NCBI RefSeq assembly: GCF_009914755.1
Contig: NC_060944.1
DNA from: the human T2T-CHM13v2.0 reference genome, Homo sapiens
Length of the DNA stretch: 64,000 bases
Strand: one strand, 5' to 3'
How positions within the stretch are numbered: position 1 is the stretch's first letter; the number at the start of each line of letters is the position of its first letter. Under the pieces are notes generated by a model that did no database searches, had not been told where the DNA came from, and worked only from the letters and a program-made list of their open reading frames with translations. The translations under genes and the position numbers were made by a program. Below are positions 1 to 14,295 of this stretch, piece after piece.

Positions 1-159
1 AGTGAGCTGCAGGTACAATGTTAGTGGATGGTGTGATCCATCTGCCAAAACCTTCATCTGAAATTGGAATGTGAAACCTCCATATTGAGCCGTGCCAGCT
101 CCTCTGAGATCTGCAATACCAGAATACACCTGAAGAACTCTTATCGGTTCTGTGAGTCT

Positions 160-510
160 CAAGTTCTTTTTTCTTCTTTTCTTTCTTAAGAACATTTTTC
201 TGATTAAAAAATAAATGCATGTTATCTGTCAAAAAATATGAAAAAGCATAAAACAGATTCAAAACTAGCCATAATACCACCATTCTTATTATTTTGACAT
301 ATTTGGGGCCTTTAATTTCTATGTGTCTATTTTTAATGAAATTGAGCTCTTATTGCATATTCTTCCCTTCTGCTTGATGTGCCATAAACATTTTTATGCT
401 ATTAAATATTCTCCAAAACATAATTTTAAGGGCTACATGGCATTAGCTCATGCTATAATTTATTTAAACATTCTGATCTCCAATTGTTGAACAATTAGGT
501 TGTTTCCAAT
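160..510 (-). mobile_element. Old L1M (L1ME-like) 3' fragment
   Basis: AT-rich sequence ending ...tataatttatttaaac...ttgttgaacaattaggttgtttccaat, typical of antisense L1M 3' regions. Confidence 0.55.
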
Positions 511-739
511 CAGTGTTTCACTGTAAGAGGGAGATGAGATGGCAGACAGTAACATGGGTGGACTCCAAGCCATACCATGCTAAGGAGAACTGAAAGAACT
601 GGAAAAGCTTTTCCTGGAAAAAAGAAAACAGGCACATTGAGTATGTTTTCAAATATTTCAAATTCTCCTGGTACAATGAGGCATTCCACTTGTTCAGTAA
701 TTTCTCCCGAGAAAATTCTCACCAATGGGTGGTAACCAC

Positions 740-1235
<496 letters not shown>

Positions 1236-1752
1236 GAACAGAAAATGTGATTTCTGTGCAAAACTGCGCATCTTGATAACTTTCATTCAGAGCAAAGTCT
1301 GAGTCTTCAACTTGTATCAAACACTTGGAAGCTGACAATGAAATTATATATATTTACATATGGCTGTGAAAATGTTCTGCCTCTGGTATAGATGAGAAAA
1401 CTGAACACCTAACTACCTCGTGCTTGATTCCTCAGCAGAGGGCCCAAACTGGCTGGTTTTTAATGGCACAGTGTCTCTCTCACCCTGTGTAGAGTTCAGA
1501 GTGGCAACTTCGGAGCTACTAACCACACTAATCTTCTTTATTTTTAATTAAAAATTTTACACTATCATTAACACAATGAGGACAGCAAATAGAGTAGACC
1601 AGCCCAGGAGAGCAATGAAACCAGTAGACAGTGATAGGCTCGAAAATTGTTTGAGCAGAGAATTAGCAGGCAGCTTCACACCTCGTTAAGTGACCTAATG
1701 GCTTGGAGGGATGAGCCAGCCTGGTGCCCCTTGAGAGAGAGGTACTTGGTGG

Positions 1753-2150
1753 AGTCTTTGCTTGGGTTTCCCTAGAAGCAGACTCTGAAGCAAGGGTTTG
1801 AGTACAAGTAGGTTATTTGGAAGAGGATTCTAGGAAGCAGGGGTAGAGGACAGGGAATGAGTCCGGGAAGGAAAGGTAGCTTGTAAACGGGGCAGTTATC
1901 AAACAAGACAGCACTGTGGGCACTGAGGCTTAATCTCACTGGGCAGCTCTGGGAGACAGCATAGAATATGTGAGCCAGAGTGATCCCCCTTGGGATGTGA
2001 TGCCTCAAGAAGCTGGGGTATTTATGTGACAACTTCGTCAGTCATTGGTTGAGGGCTTGTCCCAAAAGATGTTCCTACCTCCCCACAGCCTGGGGAAAAG
2101 CCCTGGGCAGAGGTGTGGGTACAGACAGCTGCAGCTTACCAGGGACATGA
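1753..2150 (-). mobile_element. ERVL solo LTR (LTR16/LTR33-like)
   Basis: ttgggtttccctagaagcagactctgaagcaagggtttgagtacaagtaggttatttggaag motif shared with four other copies in the window. Confidence 0.7.
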
Positions 2151-3194
2151 GGGTTTCAGGCTGAAGGGGGATGTAGCAACGTCTGCCCCAGAGATGCCTT
2201 GGAAATTCATTAAAGGTTAAAATAAATAGACATGTTCTATGTTGAAAAAACTCCTTGTGGTTACTGATTTATTTTCAGTGAGGATTGAAAACTCTACCCA
2301 AGGCTCCTCAAAAAAATTACTTTATAATCAAACCAACCAAAATGTTTCTGAAAGCAGAATTATTTTCAAAGCTTGGTTATTCTGTATATTAAGAGAGGAA
2401 ACAGCATATGCTGGTAGTCCAGTTTATTCCCATTAAACTAAGAATAAAATACTTGGAAAATTGCAAATCAATATATAAATGTAAGTTGTTAGTGTTAATC
2501 TAATTCAAAAAATCCACACTGAGCCTGCTGAGTGTTGGGAGTAAAGGATAATAACGGCCACTTGGATTATTACTCTATTGTTCTATGATTGAATTTCATC
2601 GGAGGGATCCAGTCCCACTGGTAAAAGTTCACTATTCCAAATAATTAAAATTTTTCTTTTTCTATCCCAATAGTCATGACACGAAATGAGTATTAGCCAA
2701 GAGGCTATTTTAGACCAGGTTAAAATTATAACCTCCTTTACCCATCTTCGCTATAATAACTGGGTATTTTCTCTAAGTCAATACAATGGCTGTGGATTGA
2801 ACCTGCTATGTGCAAGCCCCAGAGGAAGAGAGATAAATAAGACACAGGCACTCTCTAGAGAAGTCGGCAGGTCAGTAAAGATGCAAGCATGTGAGACATG
2901 ACTGTCAGGTGAGGGGTAGGCAGACAGGGAGGTTCGTTGTCTCTTTACTCTGAGCTCCCAATCCAGTGAGGATTGCAGGCTGGGTTCACAGTACGGGCCC
3001 AAGCTCAGGGGTTCTGTTAGGTCTATGGAACAAAGGGAGACTTCTTCAAGAACATGTGGAGTGTGACTTAGGTGGCAGCTTTCAGGGCATGGAGGTGGGT
3101 GGGGTAGAACGTCTCCTGCTTTGTAGCTTTGCTGAAGCTACAAAGGTGAAGAAAAGGCTGGTGGGTCTGTAGAATCCAAGGAGAGCCTTCTTGC

Positions 3195-3510
3195 TGTGTG
3201 CTGGGTTTTCTCAGAAGCAGACCCTGAGACAAGGATTTGAAAGCAAGTCATTCATTTGAGAGGAGATCCCAGGAAGCACCAGCTGGGAAGGAGGAAATTG
3301 ATGCCAGAAAGGGAGAGTGGCCCAGAGAGCAAATTACCCCCTAGGGCAATGGGAGCTCAATCTCCCTGGGGAACTCTGGGAAACAGTGTGGACCGAGTGG
3401 GCCTCAGAGTTACCCACAAACTCCTGTCAACCACTGGGTGAAGGCCACTACCCAGGAGTAGAGATGAGGTGGGGAGATAGAAGGATTCATTCTAGACAAG
3501 AAAAATAGGG
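3195..3510 (-). mobile_element. ERVL solo LTR (LTR16/LTR33-like)
   Basis: cagaagcagaccctgagacaaggatttgaaagcaagtcattcatttgagaggagatcccaggaagcac. Confidence 0.7.
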
Positions 3511-3669
3511 CCCTGCAGACAGAGTCTTCAGCAGAGTTGCATGTGCTGACAGTTGGAAAACAGCCAGCTTGCAAGGGTAGGGTTCTGACAGTTGGCAGTA
3601 GTGGAAACTGAGTCAAAGCTGAGATGACTCCTGGCTCCCTACCTCATGATGCAGCCTTAGAGGAGCATA

Positions 3670-3810
3670 TCAAACATCTTTGAACCTTAATTTTTTCATC
3701 CGTGAAATGGGCAAAATGGATGTCTTGTCAGGTTTGTTGCAAGGTATCCTTGAGATAATATGCGTATCAGGCCTGGCACATAATAGATGCTCAATAAGCA
3801 TTCATTTCCT
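3670..3810 (+). mobile_element. MIR fragment
   Basis: ttttttcatccgtgaaatggg ... cctggcacataatagatgctcaataa MIR core and tail. Confidence 0.75.
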
Positions 3811-4554
3811 TCTGTCTCAGAAGAGTTGAGGTTACAACGTTGCACAATTTCGGGTTGTCCTGATGGAGAAGCAGGGGTGTGCCTCAAGAAACCAGTGCAG
3901 TTGTTCATTGGACCTCCCAGTGAGCTTAGGGTCATTAAAAGAAGAAAGGGCAACTGATCCAGGCTAAGTATAAGATTGTGAGGGTTGCAAAGTTAAGGGC
4001 AAAAATCAGAGGATACCAACATAAATCTCAAAGGCTTTGAAAAACAACATCCAAGAAAAGAGAAGGTAAAGGCAGGGAGAAGACCCATTGCTCGTGGCCA
4101 GGGATGTAATGAAGGATGCCCCCGAGGAAGCGGCATTTCTGACCTGCATCTTCTTCCCTGTCACATACCTTAGAACTAGATGAATATTCAAGGATAGTCA
4201 TAAGGGAGGGTTAATCCCTAAGGTGGGCAAAGGGATTATAAGGTAGCAACTACCCCAAGTGAGGTTTTCTCCGAGCCAGGGAAATCTCCTGGTATTTAAG
4301 CCATTGCAGGGTGGGACATCAACTCCTGTTCTGATGGCTGGGAGGATGGGCCACTTCTTGCACTCCGTCTTCTAGCTTGGAAACTGTGAGTGATGCTCTG
4401 AGCAGCTCCAAGATCCTGTGCTGAGAATCTGTCTAGATTCATGACACTTCATGAGCTTTTCCAAGAATTCTTGAGTGCAGCAAATACAGAAGTTTGCATT
4501 GACTCAACTCCACATCCTTCCCTAGACCACAGCTTCTGCCATGGGACTCTGTAG

Positions 4555-5062
4555 AATCTCCCTTTAAAGAGGTGAAGTGTGTTTCCTACCCCTTGACTTT
4601 GGATTGGGCCTTGTGACATGTTTTAAGCAATAGAATAATCTAGAACTGACAGTGCCAGTTTGGAGCCTAGGCCTTAAGAGGCCTTGTGTGCTCCCAACTG
4701 CCTACCCACGCCTCTGCCATCGCCATTAGAAGGGCATTCCCAGGCTCTCCTGCTGTACCCTAGAGGAGGGTGAGAGACATGGAGAAGAGCTTCCCTGCTG
4801 CCACGGCCTGAAGCACCACCACCCACACTGGCCTACAGAGCTGCAGTAAGAAGCAGAGCTGCCTAGCTGAGCCCCACCAAAATCACCAAACCTCAGCCAA
4901 CCCACAGAAACAAGCAAGCCAGCCAAGCTCAGCAGAGCTGCCTAGCTGAGCCCAGCCCAGAGCACCTAGCTGCCAGCTGAACTGTGGACTCGTAAGCTAT
5001 CTAAACACCTGCTGTTATATGCTGCTGACATATTATGGCCGTTTTTGTGTAGTAACTGTTAC
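4555..5062 (+). mobile_element. MaLR LTR (MLT1G/H-like)
   Basis: ccccttgactttggattgggccttgtgacatgttttaagcaatagaat ... gagcctaggccttaagaggcc ... gcctagctgagcccagccc. Confidence 0.75.
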
Positions 5063-5127
5063 AGCTGCCCATGCTAGACCCCCTTCTCCATCCTCCTACA
5101 GTACTTGAGGTGTACCCCAGTCTGGAG

Positions 5128-5287
5128 AGAATATTGGCTTCTAGGCCTATCCTAGACCTACTCAATCAAAATCTTTAGGGACAAGCCTCATAGTGTGTAT
5201 TTCTTTTAGAATATTGGCTTCTAGGCCTATCCTAGACCTACTGAATCAAAATCTTTAGGGATAAGCCTCATAGTGTGTATTTCTTTT
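5128..5287 (+). repeat. Tandem duplication, 2 x 80 bp, within a MER5-like DNA transposon remnant
   Basis: Units 5128-5207 and 5208-5287 differ at 2 positions; cctagacctactgaatcaaaatct is the MER5 core. Confidence 0.95.
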
Positions 5288-7236
5288 GAAGCACTCCAAG
5301 ATTCTGATGGTTAACCTACTCATTCATTTTGGCACTTCATTCATGCATTCAATCATTCATTCATTCAACAGTGCAGTTTACCTATAATGTTTGACTACAT
5401 CACAGTTAGATCATAAGCTCTTTGTAAGGAAGTGTGTACTTTGTAAGTGTTTTGTGTCCCTCTTAACACTTATCACAGTGTTAAGCAAGCACTTAAAACA
5501 TATTTGTTAAATTGCATTAAATGTTAACTCACCAATATTATTGCAAGTAATACCAGGAACTAAATTATATGATGACCCTCTATCGACAATGATCAGAAAC
5601 TGCAGCATGCACAACCCTCTGTGTAATTCCTAGTTCTCAACCACCTCATAGGTGGATGCCACCATTGCCTCCTTCATCATGCATGATACTAAGGAAAGAG
5701 AGGACCCTGGAACCTAACTGAGTTCCTATGGCTGCAAGCCTGGAGAGAATACGATTCGAGAGGTGAATAATCCACAGGCAAATAACTACAAGCTATTTCT
5801 TTTCTTTAATGTCTAGAATCTCTCAAGTTGCTGGAAATGCAATTAGGTTCCTAGATAGGAGAGGACAAATTATGTTCTTTGGTTCCGTTCAAAATTTGGA
5901 ACATTATTTATGTTCCAGGGTTGCTATTTCACCAACAGAAGTGATCATAAGAGAAAAAGGCCCACCCCTACATTCCTGCACTTTTCCATTCTTTAGATGG
6001 GTCCTGACAGGTGACTGTCTCTGAAGTGGGTGCCTGCTGAGAGCTCAGAAGAGCTGCCAGCACAGGAAGTACCTTGAGCTTGACAGAAGTGTGCACATTG
6101 GGCCCCAGGGGGCATGTGGCCTCCATGATAAAAGGGCGACAGCAAGAAACCGGCACAGTACTCAGCCCCGAATGACTCAGATGTTATGAAGTATTGATCA
6201 CATACATTGCTTCTGGCTTTTAGGCCTATGAATATTTAAATAAGCACATTAATATTGCATATGAAACTGAGGCTTAAATAACCTTTGTTTCTTATTGAAA
6301 GGAAGGGCTGGCATTTTCAATGTGCTCTTGAATGCTGGCTGGATCATGATGAGCACTTTAGCACCAGATCAGACTGAATACTGAGAATGGGGACTTTTTA
6401 AAAATCACTTTGATAGACCGTCAGTCAAATGACTATCACTTAATGCAACTCATGTACTAGAGGAAACTATTTATTTTTACAGAAACATACTTTGCTTTAA
6501 AAATAGGGCAGAAATGAAACCTTGCTTAACAAAATGAAACTACTTGTATGGACCTAAACTTACAGCTATAGCTGAAAGCAAAGAAAATATCTGGTCATTC
6601 TATTATTTTTAATTATTCAATTGACTAGTATTTGTTTCATTGAACTTAGTCAGCATTCAAGAAAGCCGTATTGTTCCCACTGTGCAAAATGCTATACTAG
6701 GGGCCTGAATTATGAAGTGTGAAAAATCCAGTCCCTGACCTTGGGGGGTTCACATGTAAGTATATAATTACATTATAATATGCTTAGTGCTAGCCTGGAA
6801 ATAAAACACCACCCATATAGGAATGCAATAGCTAGAAAAAGCAAGTCAGCCCTAAAAAATTAGAGAAAGAAAGATACTTAAATGCATTTAAAGAATGCAG
6901 CTCACCACATGGGGGATGAACTTGTTTTCTTGGGTCGATACAGCATATGAATTCATCTAGAAGCTTCATCAATACGATACTAGACAAATGGGTAATTGGA
7001 TTTCATCTGGAGATTTGCTTCCACCTAGAAGCCTAGACTTAAAAAGTAGCCCACATCATTTCCTTACCCCAAATTCCCTAAAGCCCTTCGACAGATTCTC
7101 ATCTCTTTGACTAAATTTAACTGGCTTAAAGACCAGGGTAATGTCTTCCAACTCTTTTACTCATGAGAGAATGAACCAGCGGCCTCATTCCCCACAGAGA
7201 TCATTAAGAGAGACTTCATAAATAAAAGACTGAATT

Positions 7237-7240
7237 ATGG

Positions 7241-7276
<36 letters not shown>

Positions 7277-7385
7277 ATGGATGGATGGATGGATGGATGG
7301 ATGAATGGATGGATGGATGATTGGATGGATGGATGGTTAGATGGATGGATAGATGGATGGATAGTTGGATGGAACGGATGGATGA
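7237..7385 (+). repeat. (ATGG)n tetranucleotide microsatellite
   Basis: Directly visible, about 37 units, partly degenerate. Confidence 0.98.
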
Positions 7386-8257
7386 AAAGATGGGAGGATG
7401 CTAATGAGACTATTGGGATTTTATTCCATTTATCACTAAACACACCTGTTCAGAAAAAGTGTAGCAATGTTTACTGATAAGCCACAAGAAAGTCATTTAT
7501 GCAAATATAAGAAAATTGAAAGATTACTATTCTCAACTGCCTTTGTTCCTTTCTTTGTCTTCATTATCGGTATATACGCACTGAATTCCCAAAATGTGAA
7601 ATATTTTACTGGCTTTTTTATTTGGGTTTCTATCTCATAGAACCAAAAACCTTTAGGTGACCAAGCCTTACAAATAATTAACTTGGCAATAACCCCTGGC
7701 TACAGCTGTGGTTCAAAATGCTGCTTCTGCTGAGCTGACATCCATTTTCACTTTGTCCCTCTCCTCATGTGCCTGTTTCCCAATCATACTGTCTTAAAGC
7801 CACAGTTCTGGGTGTCTAAGGCAGGCCTGACCAGATTTCTGAACCCATGTCCCCCACCCAGGAGGGGAGTAGTGGGTTGATGCCACAGCAAAATGGGCAG
7901 TCATCCACACTGCTTGCCCATGTCTTGTTGCCAAGCAACAGAGCCCAAGTGGGTGTGTCCACTAGAGCCACACCTACATGGGATCATTGCCTGGGCAAAT
8001 GTGGATCTGATGGAGACCAAACGTCTGATCCATCATCCAATTACAGTTTTCTGAAGCAGCAACAAAGACCAAGAAACAATGCCCAGGCCTCAATTAAGAA
8101 GGATCAGACTCTGAAGCCATGGAGTCTTCTAAAATATGATAGAAGATAAATTTTGTGGTTGTGTCAAAGAATCATGAGTACTATAACTGTCATTTTGGCT
8201 AGAGCCCCATTCTTACCTTTAAAAGCTCTTAATCATTTTTCCTTGAAGACAAAGACT

Positions 8258-8876
8258 TGATGGTAGGCAGAATTGTAAAATGCCCCCCTAAGATTTCCAC
8301 CCTCTGCTGTAAACACTCTGTATAGTCCCTCTCTTGAGTATGGCAGGACCTGTGAATATGATGAGATATCACTCTTACAATTAGGTTATTAGATTGCATT
8401 ATATGGCAGAGTTAGAGATTTTTTTCAGATGTCATCAAGGCGCCTAATCAGTTGACTTTAAGCTAATCAAAGGAAAGACTATCCTGGGTGGGCCTGAACT
8501 AATCAGGTGAGCCCTTTAAAAGGTAATCTACAAGTCAGAGAAGGAAGGAGTCAGAGAGATTCTAAGCAGTGGAGGCTTTCACCTGTTGGCCTTGAAGATG
8601 CCACTGCCATAATGTGAACAGGGCCACATGGCAAGGAATGGCGGACTCCCTGGGAGCTGAGGCCTCACTCCTACAACCACAAACAACTGAATGAACTTGA
8701 AAGAGGACCCCAAGCCCTAGATGAGACAGCTCCAGTGACACCTTGATTTCAGCCAGGTGAGACCTTGAGCAAAAGCCCCAGTTAACCCACGTCCAGAAAC
8801 TCTGAGATAAATTTGTGTTGTTTTAAGCCACTATGTTTGTAATAATTTGCTATACAGCAATAAAAAAACTAATACA
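8258..8876 (+). mobile_element. MaLR LTR (MLT1D/E-like), near complete
   Basis: Starts tgatggtaggcagaatt, ends gttttaagccactatgtttgtaataatttgctatacagcaataaaaaaactaataca. Confidence 0.88.
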
Positions 8877-9079
8877 ACCTTCTTGATTATAGTGGATATT
8901 TGAGCACAAACTGAATGACTTGCTGTCTCTCTGAATTAATAAAAATAGACCACTCCTCAGTTTTTACTTTTTCTTAATATGTTTGCTTTTATCTCAAAAA
9001 TAAGTATACTCTGCCTATTGCCACATGGGGCCCTTTCATAAATAATAATTCTGCTGCAATGAGAGGCTCAGAGAAATTT

Positions 9080-9320
9080 AGTGAGGAAGTTAAGAAGAGC
9101 TCTTGGGCCAGCCTCGCTGAATTCAAATCTCACGTCCAACTGCTTCTTAACTATGTGCCCTAGGCAAGTTAATCTCTCTGTGTCTCAATTTCCTCATCTG
9201 TAAAATGGGTTAATAATAATACTGATCTTACCGGTGATTGTGATAATTCAATTCAGTAGTGCACACAAGGCCCTTAGAACTGCCTCTGGCTCATAAGACA
9301 CCCTCAATAAGCATTCGATG
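9080..9320 (+). mobile_element. MIR
   Basis: ggcaagttaatctctctgtgtctcaatttcctcatctgtaaaatggg core. Confidence 0.85.
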
Positions 9321-9491
9321 TTGTTAAGTCCCCTGCCCAAGATTGCACAGCTAGAATTCAGCAGGGAAGAACACAAGCCTAAGGTGGTCAGACCTCAAAG
9401 TCTGTTCTCTTAGCCTCCCCCTCCCTTCCTGCCTTAAGGACACATATGAATTTGCAGAAAGCATTTTTTAAATGAAATTAAAAGGGGCAAT

Positions 9492-9573
9492 TAGTGCGTT
9501 ATTCTAAGTTTTCTTTCCACTTTCCTGCTAACAACTAGTGTGTTATTCTAAGTTTTCTTTCCACTTTCTTGCT
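9492..9573 (+). repeat. Tandem duplication, period 44 bp
   Basis: tagtg(c/t)gttattctaagttttctttccactttc(c/t)tgct at 9492 and 9536. Confidence 0.92.
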
Positions 9574-9574
9574 T

Positions 9575-9700
9575 CCCCAGCCCTCCCTGTCCTGCCTCCC
9601 AGAATACTTTACTGGTTTCCCCTGGGAGCACATCCTTAATAAATCACTTGCCTACAAGCTTTCATCACAGGGTTGGCTCCCAGGAATCCTGATCTTACAT
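9575..9700 (+). mobile_element. ERVL LTR16/LTR33-like 3' fragment
   Basis: cctgggagcacatccttaataaatcacttgc...ctcccaggaatcc is the reverse complement of the motif at 1753 and 3195. Confidence 0.6.
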
Positions 9701-10879
9701 TAGAGCGGTCTGGAGCTTTAGGCAAAGCAGAATTTTCCATCCTACATGGCCAAGGCGGAGAGAATCTCTGACATAGAAATAAGATTAGCTTCTCCACCAT
9801 GGTAACCCTGCTGCTGACTCCCAACCTACGGGAAATTATTTTTCACAAAGAAATAATCTTTAATTACTAACCAATAATTAAAACCTGAAGCCAAGAACAG
9901 GAAGCCAGACTTTGGCTCTTAGCAATGTTCCTTAACATCACCGGGAGTATTATGGTGAGGTCTGCACTTTCCATGTGGCATGCACACAACCTCTCCACAA
10001 TGAGTGCTCTGCTAGGCAGAAGAATAAGATGTATTACAGTGTGTAGGAGATGTTTTCATTAAGCTATGGAAAGAGATGGATTATGTTTTATAACTCAAGC
10101 ATTGCCAATTTTTTAAATAAGGAGTTCAGTGTAAGTCTAAGCTATTCAAAGAGCACTAGTTCACAGACTCCCATTGAGGTACTGCAAGCCAAAAAAAAAA
10201 TGCGTTGTTTGATCTTTATGGCCCTCAGTTTCCCCATCTATAATTGTCATCCCCAACAAGATTCTCATTGTCTCCAGAATCAAAAGAGTATAATGATTAT
10301 TCATATGGCTGATATGAACACTGGGTCTTTGTTGATCAATCAAAAAATAGAAATTAAATGGAACTTCTGAGAATGTTCAAGGCGTTGAAGCTATTCTGGT
10401 ATGGGTATTGGACCACCCTCCCTTTTTTTCTCCACAACACCCCACAAGCATACACACACATATTCTTTCTCTATCATGTAAAGAATGTTCCAGAACACTA
10501 GGTGGAAAGGAGCCAGTCCCTGTGTAGAGGCCTGTGTGGTGACAGATGGGCACTGAGTCATTTGATACAGTCAGCACCTTGCAGGAATTCTTACCAGGCA
10601 CTTTACCAACAAAAAATATATTATCTGTGAATAAAACCATGGCCAAGGCTATTAACCACTTCGATTAATCACTCACAAGCGGTCACAATGATCCTATACT
10701 ACATGGCAGCTTTATTGGGGAGTTTTGACTTGTTGCTTGCTTGATATTAATAACTCGCAAATCCATCTCTCCTCCCGTGGAGAGTTGGTAGTTGGCTAAC
10801 GAAGTATGAGAACCATGTGTTGTCTCCCACCTCTTCTCCCTGCCGTGGTTCTGATATTTCTCCATTGATTTCTGTGGAA

Positions 10880-11090
10880 TAGCAGGAGTGTTAGTTCCCA
10901 GAATTTGTTGAGTATTTACTGTGTGTTTGGCCTTGTGTTTTATATGCATGATCACATTTAATGAGCGTGTTAAGCCAGTGAAGTGGGTACTTTCTTACCC
11001 ACCTGTCATAGACTGGAAACTGAAGATCAGAGAGGCTAGTGATTTGCCTTAGCTCACACAGACAGTGAGTAGCAAAATGTGAAGTTCACC
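10880..11090 (-). mobile_element. MIR
   Basis: ttgagtatttactgtgtg ... ggaaactgaagatcagagaggctagtgatttgcct. Confidence 0.75.
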
Positions 11091-11109
11091 ATCTGTCATG
11101 CTGCCTTCA

Positions 11110-11820
11110 TTTAACCTGGCCCCCTCCAGTCTCCCACATCTTACCAAATGGCATCGCCATGGTCACAATGACTAAGGTGCTAAACGTTACCATCCTTGAC
11201 TGCTGCTCCCTTCTTTTTCCCCTCAGCCACCCTATCTGCCAGTTCTGCTAGGCAATACACCTGCCTCTCTGTTCCCACCACTGGCATCCTGGACCAAGCC
11301 AGCATCACTTCCCTCCTGGACCCCACAAAAGTTTCCTGCTTCCACTCTTACCCTCTGCAATGCATTCTCCCCAAAACAAGCAGAAAGGTCGTTACAAAGA
11401 ACAAAGTAGTGGAAGCCATATCACTTCCATGCTTAAAACCAACAGGTGGCTCTCCCCCTTCCCTGTGAGACTTAGCCTGTTTGCCTTTGTCCTGCTTACT
11501 CACGATGAACCAGACTCTACAATCCAGGATTCTCCCTAATTAAAGGCTTGGAAGACTGTCACACTAGCTCTTCCCACAGTTGAGTCCATCTCAACTTATA
11601 TTGCACACCCTGTGTAGCCACTTCCTAGTTCTTAAGATAGTCTGTGGTTCTGTATTTTTGTTTTGTTGCATGTGTTCCCCCATTAGAATGTCAGCCCCAG
11701 GAGGATGAGGCCACGGGGATCTGACCTGTCTTGTTCACCTCTTTATCCGCAGCACAGCACCATGGCTGGAACCAAGTGAGTGGTCAGTAGGTATCTGTGA
11801 GATGACTGACTGGCTGAGGA
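11110..11820 (+). mobile_element. L2 3' region
   Basis: cattagaatgtcagccccaggagg ... tgtcttgttcacc ... cagtaggtatctgtgagatgactgactg L2 tail. Confidence 0.75.
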
Positions 11821-12948
11821 TTGAACACTTGGCTTTCCTCTTTTTCTTTTGCCTTCACCTTTTAATTTCTTCTGGCCATGCTTTCTCCTCACATAGCTCC
11901 TATCTCTGTCTTTTTGCTATGCTTCTCCTTATTTATACCTCAGTCAACACCAGCATTTTGTTATGAAAGAAAAGCTGCAGGTCAGTGCCACAAAGAAGAC
12001 AATTTCCCCAGGAAATGAACACTTCAGTACTTCTTTAGTAACTTCTGGGGAGAAATACTATATTTCTTCATAGCTACAACCAAAAAACAGAAAGCCTCTC
12101 TATCCAAGACTGCCTTGTCCATCCCAAGAAAACAGAGAACTACAGAAAGCAGCAGGAATGATTCCCTTGATGCTTTTAATTCATTCATTTGTGTTATATG
12201 CAATTAACAATAGGCCAACTGATTTCTCAAAGCATGCAATTTCAAGCTGAAAAATTAACCTAGGTTATTTTCCACTCAGTTAAGTATCAAAAAGATTTTG
12301 AAAAATAAAAAAAAGAAAAAGAAAGAGGAAAAAAACCAACATGAGCATGTTCTTAACTAATGAGCTATGCTTATCCACTGTTCCACTAGAAGAGAATTTT
12401 CCAAATATGGACACTCTATTCACAAGTCTCTCTTGAGAAACGTGGTGTTACAGTGTCACCATTATTAATATTAAACTTGATGCACCATATTTACAAATCC
12501 TTCCAAAGGGAAACAAACCTGCCCTGGAAACAATGCTTATAATTATAATCGTGGATTCTATCTGTTCCTCACAGGGAATGCTTAAAATATCAATTTAAAT
12601 GCAAATGAATTTTATCATTCCAAATTAGACTCATCCCATTGTGTTGAAATTAATATAGAAAATAACACCGAACACCAAATTACAAGTAATTAATATTGAC
12701 ACTGTGAAAAGTATACACTCTCATTTTGATATTTGGGGAAGAAAGTCTTGTCTGTGCGTGTGCCATTGTGTCCTATAAGCAACAACTAGAACACAATACC
12801 CTCAGTGCTAGTAATCATGCAGGATTAACACAGCAAAAATCTGAGAGGGAGGACAAATGGCAATGATACATCTTAGAATCCAGTAATCTATTCTTTGGGT
12901 CTGAGGAAAAGCACTTAAATCTGTATTTAAGTGACTACATACTATTTA

Positions 12949-13275
<327 letters not shown>

Positions 13276-13310
13276 CAATTTGAGTCTTAAAAATTAAAAT
13301 ATTTTTCATA

Positions 13311-13602
13311 GGCTGAACACAGCGGCCCATCCCTATAATCCCAGCACTTTGGGAGACTAGGGTGGGAGTATTGCTTGAGCCAGGGGTTTGAGACCAGCCT
13401 GAGTAACATGGCAACACCCTGTCGCTACAAAAAAATTAAAAATTTGCTGGGAATGGTGGTGCATCTGTAGTCCCACCTACTCAGGAGGTTGAGACGGGAG
13501 GATCTATTGAGCCTAAGTCGAAGCTACGGTGAGCCACAATCACACCACTGCACTCCAGCCTGGGTGACAGAACGCAACCCTGACTCAAAAAAATAAGAAA
13601 AA
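13311..13602 (+). mobile_element. AluJ
   Basis: Diverged dimer with J-type attgcttgagccagggg. Confidence 0.92.
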
Positions 13603-13662
13603 GTATTTCTCTTAAATGCAAAGGCAAAGAGGACCTTTCTTTGTCTCTTCTGTACCTAACGT

Positions 13663-13874
13663 AAGGGTTGGCTAACTACACAGATTCTGGCCACCTGTTT
13701 TTGTAAATAAAGTTTTATCGGAACGCAGCCATGCTCACTTTTTTACTTGATATCTATGGTTGCCTGCATGCTCTAAGGGAAGGGTGGAGTAGTTGTGACA
13801 AAGTCCATATGGCCTGCAAAGCCTAAAATTTTTACTATTTGATCCTTTAAGAATAGGTCTGCTGAAATCCCCTG
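13663..13874. mobile_element. MER58-type hAT-Charlie element
   Basis: gggttggctaactac ... tttttgtaaataaagttttatcggaacgcagccatgc ... ggcctgcaaagcctaaaat ... cccctg. Confidence 0.82.
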
Positions 13875-14295
13875 GTCTAATCAGTTGTGTGTCAAGATGT
13901 AGGAAAATGGTTTTGTTAGAAACTTAAGTCCAGAGAGCTTCAAAACAGGCTCCAGTGACAGCTGTAGCACCTTCTAGCAGTGTGACATCTGGAAAACTGC
14001 TGAATATCTTGGGGGCATAGCACCCTCATTTGAGAGCTGAGAAAATTGAACTCTTGTCTGTTGTAACTCTAAAATCTTATGAAACTCTCCTCCCTTCCAA
14101 TAAAATCCCTGATTAAGAAACAAAAGCTGAATTAGTTTTGTTAAGGAAATGGAATCGTCAAGTAGTTTGAATCTAGTTAATTTGCTTTTGAGAATGACAG
14201 ACATTAAGTCAAAGTGATGCTCCTTTTCCATGCATGATGCTGTATACACTAATCACTGGGGCTGAGTGATTTCAAAGAGTTTTGCATTCATTTAC

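Noticed and set aside
4853-4953. 22-bp direct repeat gcagagctgcctagctgagccc
   Set aside because: Lies within an MLT1 LTR, where internal repeats of this kind are usual.
7216-7477. MDGW- and HPSI-repeat ORFs
   Set aside because: Translation of (ATGG)n.
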